A stretch of DNA of 64,000 bases from assembly GCA_002011745.1 (NCBI GenBank), contig MTOU01000013.1:128279-192278 (forward strand), written 5' to 3'. The position numbers and the translations under genes are program-made. Below are positions 47,458-57,842 of this stretch, one piece after another (positions within the stretch are counted from its first letter, which is position 1; each line of letters begins with the position of its first letter). Under the pieces are notes generated by a model. It saw nothing but the letters and a program-made list of their open reading frames with translations, was not told the DNA's origin and ran no database searches. This stretch comes from Nitrospirae bacterium JdFR-85 (lineage in GTDB: Bacteria; Nitrospirota; Thermodesulfovibrionia; Thermodesulfovibrionales; JdFR-85).

Positions 47458-50098
47458 ATCTGTCAAGCACAAACCTCCTTTCTTCTTCAATATTCCTGAG
47501 CCTGCCTCTCAGTTTCTCCTCCAGCAGACTCCTGAGAATCTTTGAGAAAATAGGACCTGGCTTGTATCCCATCTCTATCAGGTCTTTTCCTTTCAACAGA
47601 GGCTTAATATGTCTCAACTCTAAGAGATACCTGGATATAGACTTCTGTACATCCCTGTCATCTGATATTGCCATCACAAAGAGGATCGTCTCAAGTTGAT
47701 AAGGTTGAAGGATGTTGTATATCTCTACAGGGTCATCTGTCTTCAGCCTTGTTTTGATATAAGGCACCTTAGAAATGGTCTCATGAACAAGTCTCGCCTG
47801 TCTGGGTGGTATGGAGAGTCTCTGAAGCACCTTCTCTCTGTCTACCTCAGGTACTATGATAATAAGTGCCATAATATAAAGGAGTTCCTTCTGTACCGGT
47901 TCCTCCAGAAAAAGAAGATTATACCATGTAAGGGTATCCTTTATTGAACGGACAAGGGTCTGCAGCCTCTTGTTCATTCTTATCTCAGGATGTATAGTAC
48001 TTAAGAGACCATAATGACCGAGCCGCCGAAGAGACTCTATTGGGTCTGTCTCTCTAAAGATAAGTACCAGTTCATCATAAAGACGAGTACCTGAGAGTTT
48101 TTCAAAGAGGTTTAATTTAACTGCGGATTTTATGAGTTTTTCTGTATGACGGCTTATATGAAAATTAAATCTCTCCGCAAATCTCACTGCCCTGAATGCC
48201 CTTGTGGGGTCTTCAACAAAACTGAGGTTATGTAAAACCCGAATCATCTTCTCCTTTATATCCCTCTGTCCTCCAAAATAATCAATAAGAAGGCCAAATT
48301 CATCAGAATTCAGCTTTACGGCGAGGGTATTTATTGTAAAGTCCCTCCTGTAGAGATCTTTCTTTATAGATGAGGTTTCCACCCTCGGCAAAGAAGCAGG
48401 ACGCTCATAGTATTCTGTTCTTGCTGTTGCCACATCCACAATAAAGTTATCAAAAGGCACATGGGGATGGAATTCTTTACTGAAAATAAGCTTGGCAGTA
48501 TTGAATCTTCTATGTGTTACCAATTTTACATTCTGGAGTCTCTTTGAAAGGGCAGTGGCAAAATTAATCCCATCTCCTTCGATTACTATATCTATATCAA
48601 GGTTCTGTTCCCCCCTGAGCAGGTCTCTCACAGAGCCCCCCACGAGATAGGCACGATATCCCAGAGTGTCAGCGACACTTCCTGCCTCATTCAGAAGCTG
48701 CACAATAAATTTGGGGAATCTCTCCCTTATCAGATTGGCTATATTTCTCCCGATCGAGGGCTTCTCTAAGACTTCTGTCTCCTCTATCCTCTTTCTACGA
48801 AGTGTCTCTTCATATAGATTTCTTAAAAGGTCTGTACGGGTAATACAACCCACAACCTTTCCTTTCTCGATTACTGGCATGAATCTCTGATTGTGCTCCA
48901 CCATAATTCTTTCTACCTCTTCCAGAGGTGCATCAGGAGATGTGGTCTCTGCATCTGTTGTGGCAAATTCATGCACTCTGCTCTTACCAAAACCATGCAG
49001 TAGTGCCTTCTCTACCACCTCTCGTGAAAGCAGTCCATAATAGCTACCAGCACGTACCACAGGTAATACATTGACCCCATACCTTGTCATGAGCACCTCT
49101 GCCTCTTTTATGGTAGTATTGTATTCTGTAGTTATTACTGGTGAAGTCATAATATCCTTCACAACCTTCTGGGGTCTTATTATCTTTTTGAGCCTCTCCA
49201 GGACCATCTCCTCTACTATCTCCAGTGGAATCCCCTTCAGGCTTGCAGACCCAGCAGCAGGATGTCCACCACCATCGAACTTCTCGAGCAATCGGCTTAC
49301 ATCAAATTCAGGCACTCTGCTTCTACATATAATCACCACCTTACCCTCCATCTCAAGCAGCATCACCACTCCATCTATATCCTCTATATCCATGAGTCTG
49401 TGTGCAAGGGCTGCTGCATCAACAACATACTCTCTCCTGGATGCCTTTACCACTTTTATTTTTATTCCATACTGGAGTATATCCACTGAAGAAGACAGCA
49501 ACTCATTTAATAACTCTAACTCGTCCTTACTGAGCTCTATCTTTATATAGTCTGATACTATATTTAGGTTAGCTCCTCTCCTTAACAGATAGGCTACTGC
49601 CATCAGGTCTCTCTCTGTGGTAGTGGGGAACCTGAGGGAGCCTGTTTCTTCATATATTCCGAGGCAGAGAACAGTAGCCTCTAAGGGTGTAATAGGAATA
49701 CGTTTTTTCTTGATAATCTCAGTGAATATGGTTGCTGTGGCTCCCACATCCTCTATTATCTCCAGTTCTGCCCTTATTCTGTCTTCTGTACTTGGATGAT
49801 GATCATACAGATGGATCTTTACCTTATCGGAATTTAGGATCTTGCTAAAAGGGCCCACTCTTGCAGCATTAGAGGTATCAACAACTATCAGACGAGTGAT
49901 GTTCTCAAAATCAATCTCTGATGCCCTTTTTATATCAAAGGGTTGAAAGTTTTGGAGAAACTCTCTTACCTTTTTCTCCTCTGAACCTGGCAGTACTGCC
50001 ACTGCATCTGGATAGAGTTTTTTTGCTCCCAACATTGATGAAATACAATCAAAATCGGCATTTAGGTGGCAGACAATTACATCCATTTGGCGGGTCAT
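47438..50098 (-). CDS. DHH/DHHA1 phosphoesterase - CBS pair - class II CCA-adding/poly(A) polymerase-type nucleotidyltransferase fusion
   Basis: 886 aa. CHLNADFDC, HLYDHHP and DGGGHPAAGS (DHH/DHHA1); two CBS modules; then YLVGGSVRDLL...DIDIVIEGD...RDFTINTLA (PolyA_pol head) and a tRNA-binding-type C-terminal region. Confidence 0.8.
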   Translation of the reverse strand: MTRQMDVIVCHLNADFDCISSMLGAKKLYPDAVAVLPGSEEKKVREFLQNFQPFDIKRASEIDFENITRLIVVDTSNAARVGPFSKILNSDKVKIHLYDHHPSTEDRIRAELEIIEDVGATATIFTEIIKKKRIPITPLEATVLCLGIYEETGSLRFPTTTERDLMAVAYLLRRGANLNIVSDYIKIELSKDELELLNELLSSSVDILQYGIKIKVVKASRREYVVDAAALAHRLMDIEDIDGVVMLLEMEGKVVIICRSRVPEFDVSRLLEKFDGGGHPAAGSASLKGIPLEIVEEMVLERLKKIIRPQKVVKDIMTSPVITTEYNTTIKEAEVLMTRYGVNVLPVVRAGSYYGLLSREVVEKALLHGFGKSRVHEFATTDAETTSPDAPLEEVERIMVEHNQRFMPVIEKGKVVGCITRTDLLRNLYEETLRRKRIEETEVLEKPSIGRNIANLIRERFPKFIVQLLNEAGSVADTLGYRAYLVGGSVRDLLRGEQNLDIDIVIEGDGINFATALSKRLQNVKLVTHRRFNTAKLIFSKEFHPHVPFDNFIVDVATARTEYYERPASLPRVETSSIKKDLYRRDFTINTLAVKLNSDEFGLLIDYFGGQRDIKEKMIRVLHNLSFVEDPTRAFRAVRFAERFNFHISRHTEKLIKSAVKLNLFEKLSGTRLYDELVLIFRETDPIESLRRLGHYGLLSTIHPEIRMNKRLQTLVRSIKDTLTWYNLLFLEEPVQKELLYIMALIIIVPEVDREKVLQRLSIPPRQARLVHETISKVPYIKTRLKTDDPVEIYNILQPYQLETILFVMAISDDRDVQKSISRYLLELRHIKPLLKGKDLIEMGYKPGPIFSKILRSLLEEKLRGRLRNIEEERRFVLDRYGRDLS

Positions 50099-51495
50099 CT
50101 TTTGGTAGAACTTATCTCAATCCTGTCCCTCCCTTTATTTTTCGCCTTGAAAAGGGCATTATCAGCAAGGGTTATAAGGTCATCTGGATTTTCGACCTTA
50201 TGGACAGGCCAACAGGCTATACCCATACTGGTGGTTATCTTCTCATTTCCGATTATCTTGAATCTATGCTCTCTAACAAAGGCGCTCAATCTTTTCGCTT
50301 CCTTTTCTGCACCATCCAAGGAGGTCTGGGGAAGAAGAAGGATAAACTCCTCTCCTCCATATCTGGCAAAGACATCACTTCTTCTTGTGTGTCTCCTTAT
50401 AAGCTGTGCAAACTCTCTGAGCACAAGGTCTCCCACTCTATGGCCGTATTTATCATTTATCTTCTTAAAATGATCAATGTCAAGCATAATGCAACAGAGG
50501 GGATAACCATACCTTTGTGCCCTGCTGAACTCCTCTTCCAATCTGTGATAAAAATACCTGATATTGTATATACCAGTAAGATAATCTGTGATGGCGAGTT
50601 TCTCTAGCCTTGCCTTTTCATTCTCAAGCTTCTCAAACATGAATGCATTATAGAGTGAATTTGCAGACACATTGGCTACTGCATTACATAACCGTATCTC
50701 TCTTTCGTTAAACCCATTCTTAACACGTGAAGTCCTTAAAAAGAGGGTGCCTATAATCTCATCTCTATGGATAATAGGTATCACCACAATGGACTTGATC
50801 CCGAGGGGCATAATAAACCTCAGCACAGGCTTCATCAATGGATGCTTCAGTGCATCATTAATTATGACCGGCTTTCTTGTCTTCAGGGCCTCCCTTATTT
50901 CTGGATATTTTTTGAGGTCCAGTTTTATGTTCCTGATACTGGGGTCCTCAAAGGATGAAACAACATAGGCATACCTTTTGTCTCCAAAACCTATGCTCAG
51001 GATGGAACAACGGGTAACCTCAATCATCTCTGAAAGTTTTTTTACTATAAAATACAGAATCTCTCTTGGATCAAGAGTAGAAGAGATAAGATAGGTAAGT
51101 TCCACAATCGCCTCGAGGTCCTTCTTCTCTGAATAAAGCCGTTTGAACCAGCTCTTTCTCTCTATAACTGTCTTTAGTTTAAGCTGAAGATCCTCAGGAT
51201 AAAAAGGCGCTATGAGATAGCAATCAATATTACAGCTCACCACCTCTTTAAGCCCATGGGGAATGTTCTCACTTATAAGGGCAATTTTGGGAATAGAGAT
51301 ATCCTCCTTTTTCAAATCAGCATCTATAAGAGAGGCATCAATTAAGAGGGCATCAAAGTGGTTGTTCTTAAGGGAACTCCTCAGCCTTCTTATACTGGAC
51401 ACAAAGGTAGGACTATATTCTCCTTCTTTTTTAAAGAAATCCACAAGGAATTCCTTTAAGTCTTTTGATTTATGATACACAAGAACCTTACTCAT
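50095..51495 (-). CDS. diguanylate cyclase with receiver-like N-domain and GAF domain
   Basis: 466 aa. A REC-like fold lacking the N-terminal acidic pair (VLVYHKSKD) but keeping LLIDAS, a GAF-like middle, then DYLTGIYNIRYF...LDIDHFKKINDKYGHRVGD...RYGGEEFILLLP. Confidence 0.85.
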   Translation of the reverse strand: MSKVLVYHKSKDLKEFLVDFFKKEGEYSPTFVSSIRRLRSSLKNNHFDALLIDASLIDADLKKEDISIPKIALISENIPHGLKEVVSCNIDCYLIAPFYPEDLQLKLKTVIERKSWFKRLYSEKKDLEAIVELTYLISSTLDPREILYFIVKKLSEMIEVTRCSILSIGFGDKRYAYVVSSFEDPSIRNIKLDLKKYPEIREALKTRKPVIINDALKHPLMKPVLRFIMPLGIKSIVVIPIIHRDEIIGTLFLRTSRVKNGFNEREIRLCNAVANVSANSLYNAFMFEKLENEKARLEKLAITDYLTGIYNIRYFYHRLEEEFSRAQRYGYPLCCIMLDIDHFKKINDKYGHRVGDLVLREFAQLIRRHTRRSDVFARYGGEEFILLLPQTSLDGAEKEAKRLSAFVREHRFKIIGNEKITTSMGIACWPVHKVENPDDLITLADNALFKAKNKGRDRIEISSTKR

Positions 51496-51644
51496 AAACA
51501 GATTATTGTGTTTATTTATTTACAAACTCTCCTTACCAAAGGCTGATTAAAAATCTCTACCTTGGAAACCCTTGACTTTTGTCAGAGAGCCTTATTTTTA
51601 GTATAGCAAATAATATACCACTATGATAAGTTTCCCTCCCTCCT

Positions 51645-51684
51645 TTAATAAAAATGGGGGTAGAGGAGGAGGGTCCTCCTCTAC
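51645..51684 (-). terminator. rho-independent terminator of the fbp gene
   Basis: 10-bp stem gtagaggagg/cctcctctac with a 5-nt loop (51660-51684, overlapping the TAG stop), followed on the minus strand by cccccATTTTTATT. Confidence 0.7.
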
Positions 51685-52778
51685 TCTGGCCTAAATCTGT
51701 CTTCTAATTTCTTCATCAGCTGTGGCATTGTGGTGTATTCAAGGTCATCGAGCCCTAGTCTATGTGGTTCAAAAGGCCCGTGGGTCCTTAAATAATCACC
51801 AATCTCATTTGCAAGTTGTCTTGCCCTGTCAAAGGAAGGATCATCAAAGAGGTCTCTTGGTCCAATAAGATGGCCATTAGTTATCTGGAATCCTGCGGCA
51901 ATAACCCTTGGAGGCCCATCAAATCTGGAGGGATTTGCCTCATAAAAGGGTACCGGCATAAGAGGTCCATGATGAGAACCTCGCATCCATCCCTCAACAA
52001 TATGCGGAAAGGCAAAAGGCTCAAGTGCCTCACCTACTGCAGGCATTCCTGACTGACATCTTACTATTAATACAGGATCATCCTTACCAATGTATCTGCC
52101 TGCTATAAGACTCAGCTTCTGTGTCGATGCAGCAGCACATATCTCTCCATCCTTTCTGTACACCCTTCTGATCATGAATCTCCTCATAGCTCCAATGAAC
52201 ATCAAAAGATCATACATCTCTTCAGGACAAGAGAGTGTTATTGCCTTATGACCATAAACATCAACTACATCAAAATTAAATCCTTCATGCATTGTAGGAT
52301 CAATAACAAGACCTGCAGTATTGAAAGGATCTGCAAACATCTTGAATAAAGGAAGGTTCCATGCGCCTGGGGAGGTTTTGTCAGCCATAAATACTATTAC
52401 AGGTTCTGATTTCCTCTCAACAAACTCCATCTCAGCAACTCCAGGTCCCATACCCTTAATATTTCCAGAGAAGGCATCACTGAGCAAATCTTGACCAGCT
52501 CCATAGAGTTTGAGTCTCTTAGCCTCTTCTGTAGCAGCCACAAAGGTATTCCATGCAAGCTGATGTATCTCCTCGTTATCCACCCCTCTTTCGTGTGTCA
52601 TAATCAATTCAAGGTCATCTCCTACACGGGTTACATGGAAATCCACAATCATACCACTGTCTTTAGCCTTTGAAAGCCTCTCCTTTGCAACATCAAGAAG
52701 ATTCTGATGAATGCTTGAATGTCCTACATAACCACCAACATCTGCCTTGATAACACTCAGGGTAATCTTTTCAGCCAT
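51681..52778 (-). CDS. fbp: fructose-1,6-bisphosphate aldolase/phosphatase (class V FBPase)
   Basis: 365 aa. ITLSVIKADVGGYVGHSS at the N-terminus and overall length are typical of the bifunctional archaeal-type enzyme. Confidence 0.92.
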   Translation of the reverse strand: MAEKITLSVIKADVGGYVGHSSIHQNLLDVAKERLSKAKDSGMIVDFHVTRVGDDLELIMTHERGVDNEEIHQLAWNTFVAATEEAKRLKLYGAGQDLLSDAFSGNIKGMGPGVAEMEFVERKSEPVIVFMADKTSPGAWNLPLFKMFADPFNTAGLVIDPTMHEGFNFDVVDVYGHKAITLSCPEEMYDLLMFIGAMRRFMIRRVYRKDGEICAAASTQKLSLIAGRYIGKDDPVLIVRCQSGMPAVGEALEPFAFPHIVEGWMRGSHHGPLMPVPFYEANPSRFDGPPRVIAAGFQITNGHLIGPRDLFDDPSFDRARQLANEIGDYLRTHGPFEPHRLGLDDLEYTTMPQLMKKLEDRFRPE

Positions 52779-52787
52779 TAGTACCTC

Positions 52788-53093
52788 CTATTTTTTGAGT
52801 TTTTTACCTAACCTCTTCTCTATTGATCTCACCTTCAGGTTCAGTCTATTCGGCTTACCTTTACGATCATCAATGGTGATAGTCACAATTGCCCTGTCAG
52901 CCTTCTTCATCACCTGTGTATGACACTTCTTAATAAGCCTCATGACCTCATTCCACTCACCCTCCACACAGGTACCCATAGGATTCACCTTATAGGGTAA
53001 ACCGCTCTCATCTACTATCTTCAAAACCTCTGCTAAATAATCACCTATGCTACTGCCAACCCCCACTGGGATTATACTAAACTCTACTAACAT
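52788..53093 (-). CDS. MTH1187/YkoF-like thiamine-binding family protein (DUF77)
   Basis: 101 aa. MLVEFSIIPVG...SIGDYLAEVLKIVDESGLPYKVNPMGTCVEGEW. Confidence 0.75.
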   Translation of the reverse strand: MLVEFSIIPVGVGSSIGDYLAEVLKIVDESGLPYKVNPMGTCVEGEWNEVMRLIKKCHTQVMKKADRAIVTITIDDRKGKPNRLNLKVRSIEKRLGKKLKK

Positions 53094-53187
53094 AATCCCC
53101 TCCTTTCTGGAACTTTAATAATTATAGCAGATTTTAATATTAATTCTGAAGGATTTTAAGGAATTTACCTCTTTATTTATGACAGAA

Positions 53188-53209
53188 GGGGGATAGCAGA
53201 CTATCCCCC
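53188..53209 (-). terminator. hairpin downstream of hup (9-bp stem gggggatag/ctatccccc, 4-nt loop)
   Basis: Direct reading. It lies 15 nt after the hup stop, and the U-tract on the minus strand is weak. Confidence 0.5.
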
Positions 53210-53223
53210 ATTAAGTTTAAAAA

Positions 53224-53496
53224 CTACTTAATAGCCTCCTTAAGACCTTTGCCTGGAGTGAATTTGGGTGCTTTTGTGGCTGGAATCTTGATCTCTTCAC
53301 CTGTTCTTGGATTACGACCTTTTCTCGCCTTCCTCTTTGTGACTGAGAAGGTACCAAAGCCCACAAGTGTGACCTTCTGGTTTTTCTTTAGTGCTTTTTT
53401 GATGTTCTCAAGGGTAGCATCAAGAGCCCTTTGCGCATCTGCCTTAGTGAGTCCTGTGTCAGATGCGATCTTTTCAACAAGTTCTGCCTTCGTCAT
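53224..53496 (-). CDS. hup: DNA-binding protein HU
   Basis: 90 aa. [11 protein letters not shown]...[27 protein letters not shown]...P.F.PGK. Confidence 0.95.
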   Translation of the reverse strand: MTKAELVEKIASDTGLTKADAQRALDATLENIKKALKKNQKVTLVGFGTFSVTKRKARKGRNPRTGEEIKIPATKAPKFTPGKGLKEAIK

Positions 53497-53758
53497 AGAA
53501 TCTCACCTCCTTTTGGATAATGGTTTTTGAATAGCCGAAGGCAAAAGCCTTCAAAAATTGCTTTATAAAAATACCAAGAAATTAAGATTTTGTCAAGTAA
53601 AAAATTGCTTAATGCCTTTAAAATTCTATATATTAGAAGACTTGCTATTTATTCTTACCAAGCTCCAAAGAGAATGAGAAGAAGACAGAGGGGGCTTTGT
53701 TTAAAGCTCATAAATTCTGGTAAAATTATGGGTTAAAGAATTTTGAGGAGACTTAGGA

Positions 53759-55177
53759 ATGGATGAAGTAAGAGTAAGGTTTGCTCCAAGTCCTACGGGG
53801 TATCTGCATATAGGAGGAGCAAGGACAGCCCTTTTTAACTGGCTGTTTGCAAGACACCACGGTGGGGTCTTTATCCTCAGAATCGAGGACACGGACAGGA
53901 GTCGCTCTACCGAGGAGTATATAAATGCAATTGTTGATGGAATGAGATGGCTTGGACTGGACTGGGACGAAGGTCCCTACAGACAGACAGAAAGGATGGA
54001 GATCTATCAGAGTTATCTGCAGAGACTGATAGATGAGGGGAAGGCATACTACTGTTACTGCACTCCAGAGGAACTTGAACAGAGAAGGCAGGAGGCTATA
54101 AAGGTCGGCAAAACCCCAAAGTATGATGGCAGATGTAGAGAACTTAATAACCCTCCTGCGGGCAGAACACCTGCTGTCCGTTTCAGAATGCCTGAAGCAG
54201 GACAGACCATAGTAGATGACCTGATCCATGGAAAGGTAGCCTATCCCAACGAGATGTTTGACGATTTTATTATAATGCGCTCAGATGGCACACCAACATA
54301 CAACTTTGTAGTGGTTGTTGATGATGTAGACATGAGGATTACACATGTAATAAGAGGAGACGACCATCTGAACAATACCCCAAAACAGATCCATATATAC
54401 AATGCCCTTGGCTTTCAGATACCCAAGTTTGCCCATCTACCAATGATACTTGGCTCTGATAAAACAAGGCTGAGCAAAAGACATGGAGCTACATCTGTAC
54501 AGGCATATCGTGAGATGGGATATCTGCCTGAGGCGCTACTGAATTACCTTGCAAGGCTGGGATGGTCCTATGGTGATCAAGAGATATTCACCAAAGAGGA
54601 ACTGATTGAAAAGTTCTCCTTAGAAGGGGTCAGCAAGGCTGCTGCAGTATTCAATCCAGACAAACTCCTCTGGCTAAATGGTCAACATCTGAAAAACACA
54701 CCCACAGAGAAACTCTGTGAACTTGTAAAACCCTTTCTGCAGAAGGAAGGTCTCATAGAATCAGACCAGCAGGTAGACCATCAGTGGCTGAGGAAGGCTG
54801 TGGAATCCCAGAAAGAGAGGGCTAAAACCCTGGTTGAACTTGCCAAGGTGATGAGGTATTATTTTGTTGAAGAGATAGAATATGAGGAAGATGCAAAAAA
54901 GAAGTTTCTGAATGAAAAGACACTTCCATACCTTGTAGACCTGTTGGAAGAACTAAAAAGACTTGAGCAGTTTACTGAGCAGACCCTGCAGGAGGTCTTC
55001 TCCAGTATAATAAATAAATACGGTATAAAACTCAAACAACTGGCCCAGCCAGTACGTGTTGCAGTCACAGGAGGCACAAAAAGCCCTGGTATATTCGAAG
55101 TCTTAGAGATAGTAGGCAGAGATAGAATTATAAAGAGAATCCAGAAGGCAATAGACACAATTAGGGAGAGTAGTTAA
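53759..55177 (+). CDS. gltX: glutamyl-tRNA synthetase
   Basis: 472 aa. [19 protein letters not shown] (HIGH) and RLSKRHG (KMSKS variant). Confidence 0.97.
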   Translation: MDEVRVRFAPSPTGYLHIGGARTALFNWLFARHHGGVFILRIEDTDRSRSTEEYINAIVDGMRWLGLDWDEGPYRQTERMEIYQSYLQRLIDEGKAYYCYCTPEELEQRRQEAIKVGKTPKYDGRCRELNNPPAGRTPAVRFRMPEAGQTIVDDLIHGKVAYPNEMFDDFIIMRSDGTPTYNFVVVVDDVDMRITHVIRGDDHLNNTPKQIHIYNALGFQIPKFAHLPMILGSDKTRLSKRHGATSVQAYREMGYLPEALLNYLARLGWSYGDQEIFTKEELIEKFSLEGVSKAAAVFNPDKLLWLNGQHLKNTPTEKLCELVKPFLQKEGLIESDQQVDHQWLRKAVESQKERAKTLVELAKVMRYYFVEEIEYEEDAKKKFLNEKTLPYLVDLLEELKRLEQFTEQTLQEVFSSIINKYGIKLKQLAQPVRVAVTGGTKSPGIFEVLEIVGRDRIIKRIQKAIDTIRESS

Positions 55178-56841
55178 TGAATAGACCTTCAAATTTTATT
55201 GAGAAGATTATTGAGGAGGACCTGAGAACAGGGAGATACAAAAAGGTCCATACACGGTTCCCTCCAGAGCCGAATGGATATCTTCATATAGGCCATGCCA
55301 AGGCTATTGTGTTGAACTTTACAATAGCTGAAAAGTACGGCGGCCTTTGTAATCTCAGGATGGATGACACCAATCCTTTAAAAGAAGAGGCAAGGTATGT
55401 AGAGGCAGCAGTAGAGGATGTCCGATGGTTGGGTTTTGACTGGGGAGACCGTCTCTATTTTGCCTCTGATTATTTTGATCAACTCTATCAGTATGCTGTC
55501 GAGTTGATAAAAAAGGGGAAAGCCTATGTGGATGACCTAAGTCCTGAAGAGATTCGCCGGTATCGAGGGACCCTTACAGAACCAGGAATTGAGAGTCCTT
55601 ATAGAAACCGCTCTGTTGAAGAGAACCTCGAGCTCTTCGAGAGAATGAGAAGAGGAGAGTTTAATGAGGGTGAGAAGGTCCTTCGTGCAAAGATCGATAT
55701 GGCCTCTGGAAATCTGAATATGCGTGACCCAGTAATATACAGAATCATAAAGGCATCCCATCATAGAACAGGTGACAAATGGTGTATCTATCCTACATAT
55801 GACTTTGCCCATCCTCTGAGTGATTCCATAGAAGGTATAACCCACTCCCTCTGCACTCTCGAATTCGAGGACCACAGACCTCTTTATGACTGGTTCATAG
55901 AACAGCTTGGCATCCATCATCCCCGTCAGATAGAGTTTGCAAGACTGAACCTCAGCTACACTGTACTCAGCAAGAGGAAACTCTCAAGACTGGTAGAGGA
56001 GGGATACGTAAGTGGATGGGATGATCCCAGAATGCCCACTATAGCAGGTCTCAGAAGGAGGGGCTACACACCAGAAGCGATAAGGGACTTCTGTGAAAAG
56101 ATCGGCATATCAAAGGCAAACAGTGTTGTTGACATCCAACTGCTTGAACACTGCCTCAGGGAAGACCTGAATAAGAGAGCACCAAGGGTAATGGCAGTAC
56201 TGAGACCTGTGAAGGTGATAATAGAGAACTACCCGGAAAACTATACTGAAGAGCTTGATGCTGAAAATAATCCTGAAGATCCATCCATGGGAACAAGAAA
56301 GCTTCCCTTTACAAGAGAACTTTACATTGAGGAAGACGATTTTATGGAGGAACCTCCTCCTAAATACTACCGCCTCGCTCCCGGCAGAGAGGTGAGATTA
56401 AAACACGCTTATATTATTAGATGTGAAAAGGTGATAAAAGACACAGAGACAGGAAAGATAAAGGAGATTTATTGTCGTTATGACCCTGATTCCCGGAGTG
56501 GCTCAACCCAGCAAAGAAAGGTGAAGGCAACACTGCACTGGGTATCAGCAAAACATGCGCTTGATGCAGAAGTAAGACTCTATGATAGACTGTTCTTGAA
56601 GCCCAATCCTGAGGAGTGTGAAGACTTTATCGAATGTATTAATCCTGATTCCCTTAAAATACTAAAACAGTGTAAAGTAGAAGAGTCTCTGGCAAATGCA
56701 AAAGAGGGAGAGAGGTATCAGTTCTTGAGAGTGGGATACTTCTGTGTTGATCCTGACAGCAAGAATGGACATCTTGTGTTCAATCGTACAGTAACATTGA
56801 AAGATACTTGGGCAAAGATACAGAAAAAACTGATGAAATGA
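55177..56841 (+). CDS. glnS: glutaminyl-tRNA synthetase
   Basis: 554 aa. [18 protein letters not shown] and VLSKRKL, plus the beta-barrel anticodon-binding C-terminal half typical of GlnRS. TAATG junction with gltX. Confidence 0.95.
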   Translation: MNRPSNFIEKIIEEDLRTGRYKKVHTRFPPEPNGYLHIGHAKAIVLNFTIAEKYGGLCNLRMDDTNPLKEEARYVEAAVEDVRWLGFDWGDRLYFASDYFDQLYQYAVELIKKGKAYVDDLSPEEIRRYRGTLTEPGIESPYRNRSVEENLELFERMRRGEFNEGEKVLRAKIDMASGNLNMRDPVIYRIIKASHHRTGDKWCIYPTYDFAHPLSDSIEGITHSLCTLEFEDHRPLYDWFIEQLGIHHPRQIEFARLNLSYTVLSKRKLSRLVEEGYVSGWDDPRMPTIAGLRRRGYTPEAIRDFCEKIGISKANSVVDIQLLEHCLREDLNKRAPRVMAVLRPVKVIIENYPENYTEELDAENNPEDPSMGTRKLPFTRELYIEEDDFMEEPPPKYYRLAPGREVRLKHAYIIRCEKVIKDTETGKIKEIYCRYDPDSRSGSTQQRKVKATLHWVSAKHALDAEVRLYDRLFLKPNPEECEDFIECINPDSLKILKQCKVEESLANAKEGERYQFLRVGYFCVDPDSKNGHLVFNRTVTLKDTWAKIQKKLMK

Positions 56842-57842
56842 GTTATATTGCTGTAATAGGGGCTGGAAGCTGGGGTACCACACTAAGCATCCTCCTGGCT
56901 GAAAAAGGTTATGATGTCTCATTATGGGTTTATGAAGAAGAACTTGCAAAGGAGATAGAACAAAAAAGGAGGAACACTCTTTATCTTCCTGATGCACCTC
57001 TGCCCGATAATGTAAAAGCCACACATTCTATGTCAGAGGCACTCCACAGAGCGAGATATATAATCTGTGCAGTACCTACCCAATTTGTTAGAGCAGTATT
57101 CCAGAATGTTTCTAAGCTGGTTGACAGAGATGCAGTAATCATAAGCGTCTCCAAGGGTATTGAGAACAGTACCTTCCTTACAGTCTCCCAGATACTGCAG
57201 CAGATGCTTCCCAACCCTGTAGCAGTACTTTCAGGACCGAGCTTTGCAAAAGAGGTGGTGAAGAGACTTCCCACTGCAGTCACATTAGCTACAAAAGATA
57301 CAGCCTTAGGACTGCTACTACAAGAGGTCTTCAATACAGAGTACTTCAGGGTGTATACACACCATGATGTCCTTGGAGTGGAGCTTGGAGGAGCTCTCAA
57401 GAATGTTATTGCTATAGCATCAGGCATATCAGATGGCCTCGGACTCGGATCCAATGCAAGAGCAGCCCTTATTACCAGGGGGCTTGCTGAAATAATAAGG
57501 CTTGGAGTCAGGCTGGGAGCAGAAGAGAAGACCTTCTCTGGGCTCAGTGGAATTGGAGACCTGGTGCTCACCTGCACAGGAGCACTCTCAAGAAACTATA
57601 CTGTAGGTTATAAGTTGGGACAGGGCAGAACCCTAAAAGAAATACTCTCTGAGATGAAAGAGGTTGCAGAGGGCGTGGAGACCTCAAGGGCAGCCTATGA
57701 ACTGTCTAAAAAACATAATGTGGATATGCCAATAGTGGAGCAGGTATACCAGGTGCTGCATGAAGGGAAATCTCCCACTCAGGCTGTAAAAGAACTGATG
57801 AGCAGGGCCCTGAAGGAAGAATTCTATTATAGCAGTGAGTAA
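56838..57842 (+). CDS. gpsA: NAD(P)H-dependent glycerol-3-phosphate dehydrogenase
   Basis: Start taken at ATG 56838 ([16 protein letters not shown], Rossmann GxGxxG), with ATGA overlap with gln[11 protein letters not shown] and GDLVLTC. Confidence 0.95.
   Translation: MSYIAVIGAGSWGTTLSILLAEKGYDVSLWVYEEELAKEIEQKRRNTLYLPDAPLPDNVKATHSMSEALHRARYIICAVPTQFVRAVFQNVSKLVDRDAVIISVSKGIENSTFLTVSQILQQMLPNPVAVLSGPSFAKEVVKRLPTAVTLATKDTALGLLLQEVFNTEYFRVYTHHDVLGVELGGALKNVIAIASGISDGLGLGSNARAALITRGLAEIIRLGVRLGAEEKTFSGLSGIGDLVLTCTGALSRNYTVGYKLGQGRTLKEILSEMKEVAEGVETSRAAYELSKKHNVDMPIVEQVYQVLHEGKSPTQAVKELMSRALKEEFYYSSE

Noticed and set aside
49921-50607. 228-aa and 135-aa plus-strand ORFs
   Set aside because: They are antisense to the nucleotidyltransferase fusion and the GGDEF gene, and they start at non-ATG codons with no SD.
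51572-51684. Plus-strand TTGACT promoter-like hexamer followed by a CU-rich stretch (tccctccctcctt) and a hairpin, as a possible small RNA
   Set aside because: No convincing -10 element lies at proper spacing. The hairpin is fully explained as the fbp terminator on the other strand, and the CU-rich run is its flanking sequence.
53753-54229. 158-aa minus-strand ORF
   Set aside because: It is antisense to the 5' part of gltX.
56981-57577. 198-aa minus-strand ORF
   Set aside because: It is antisense to gpsA. The translation is Ser/Pro/Thr-rich shadow sequence.
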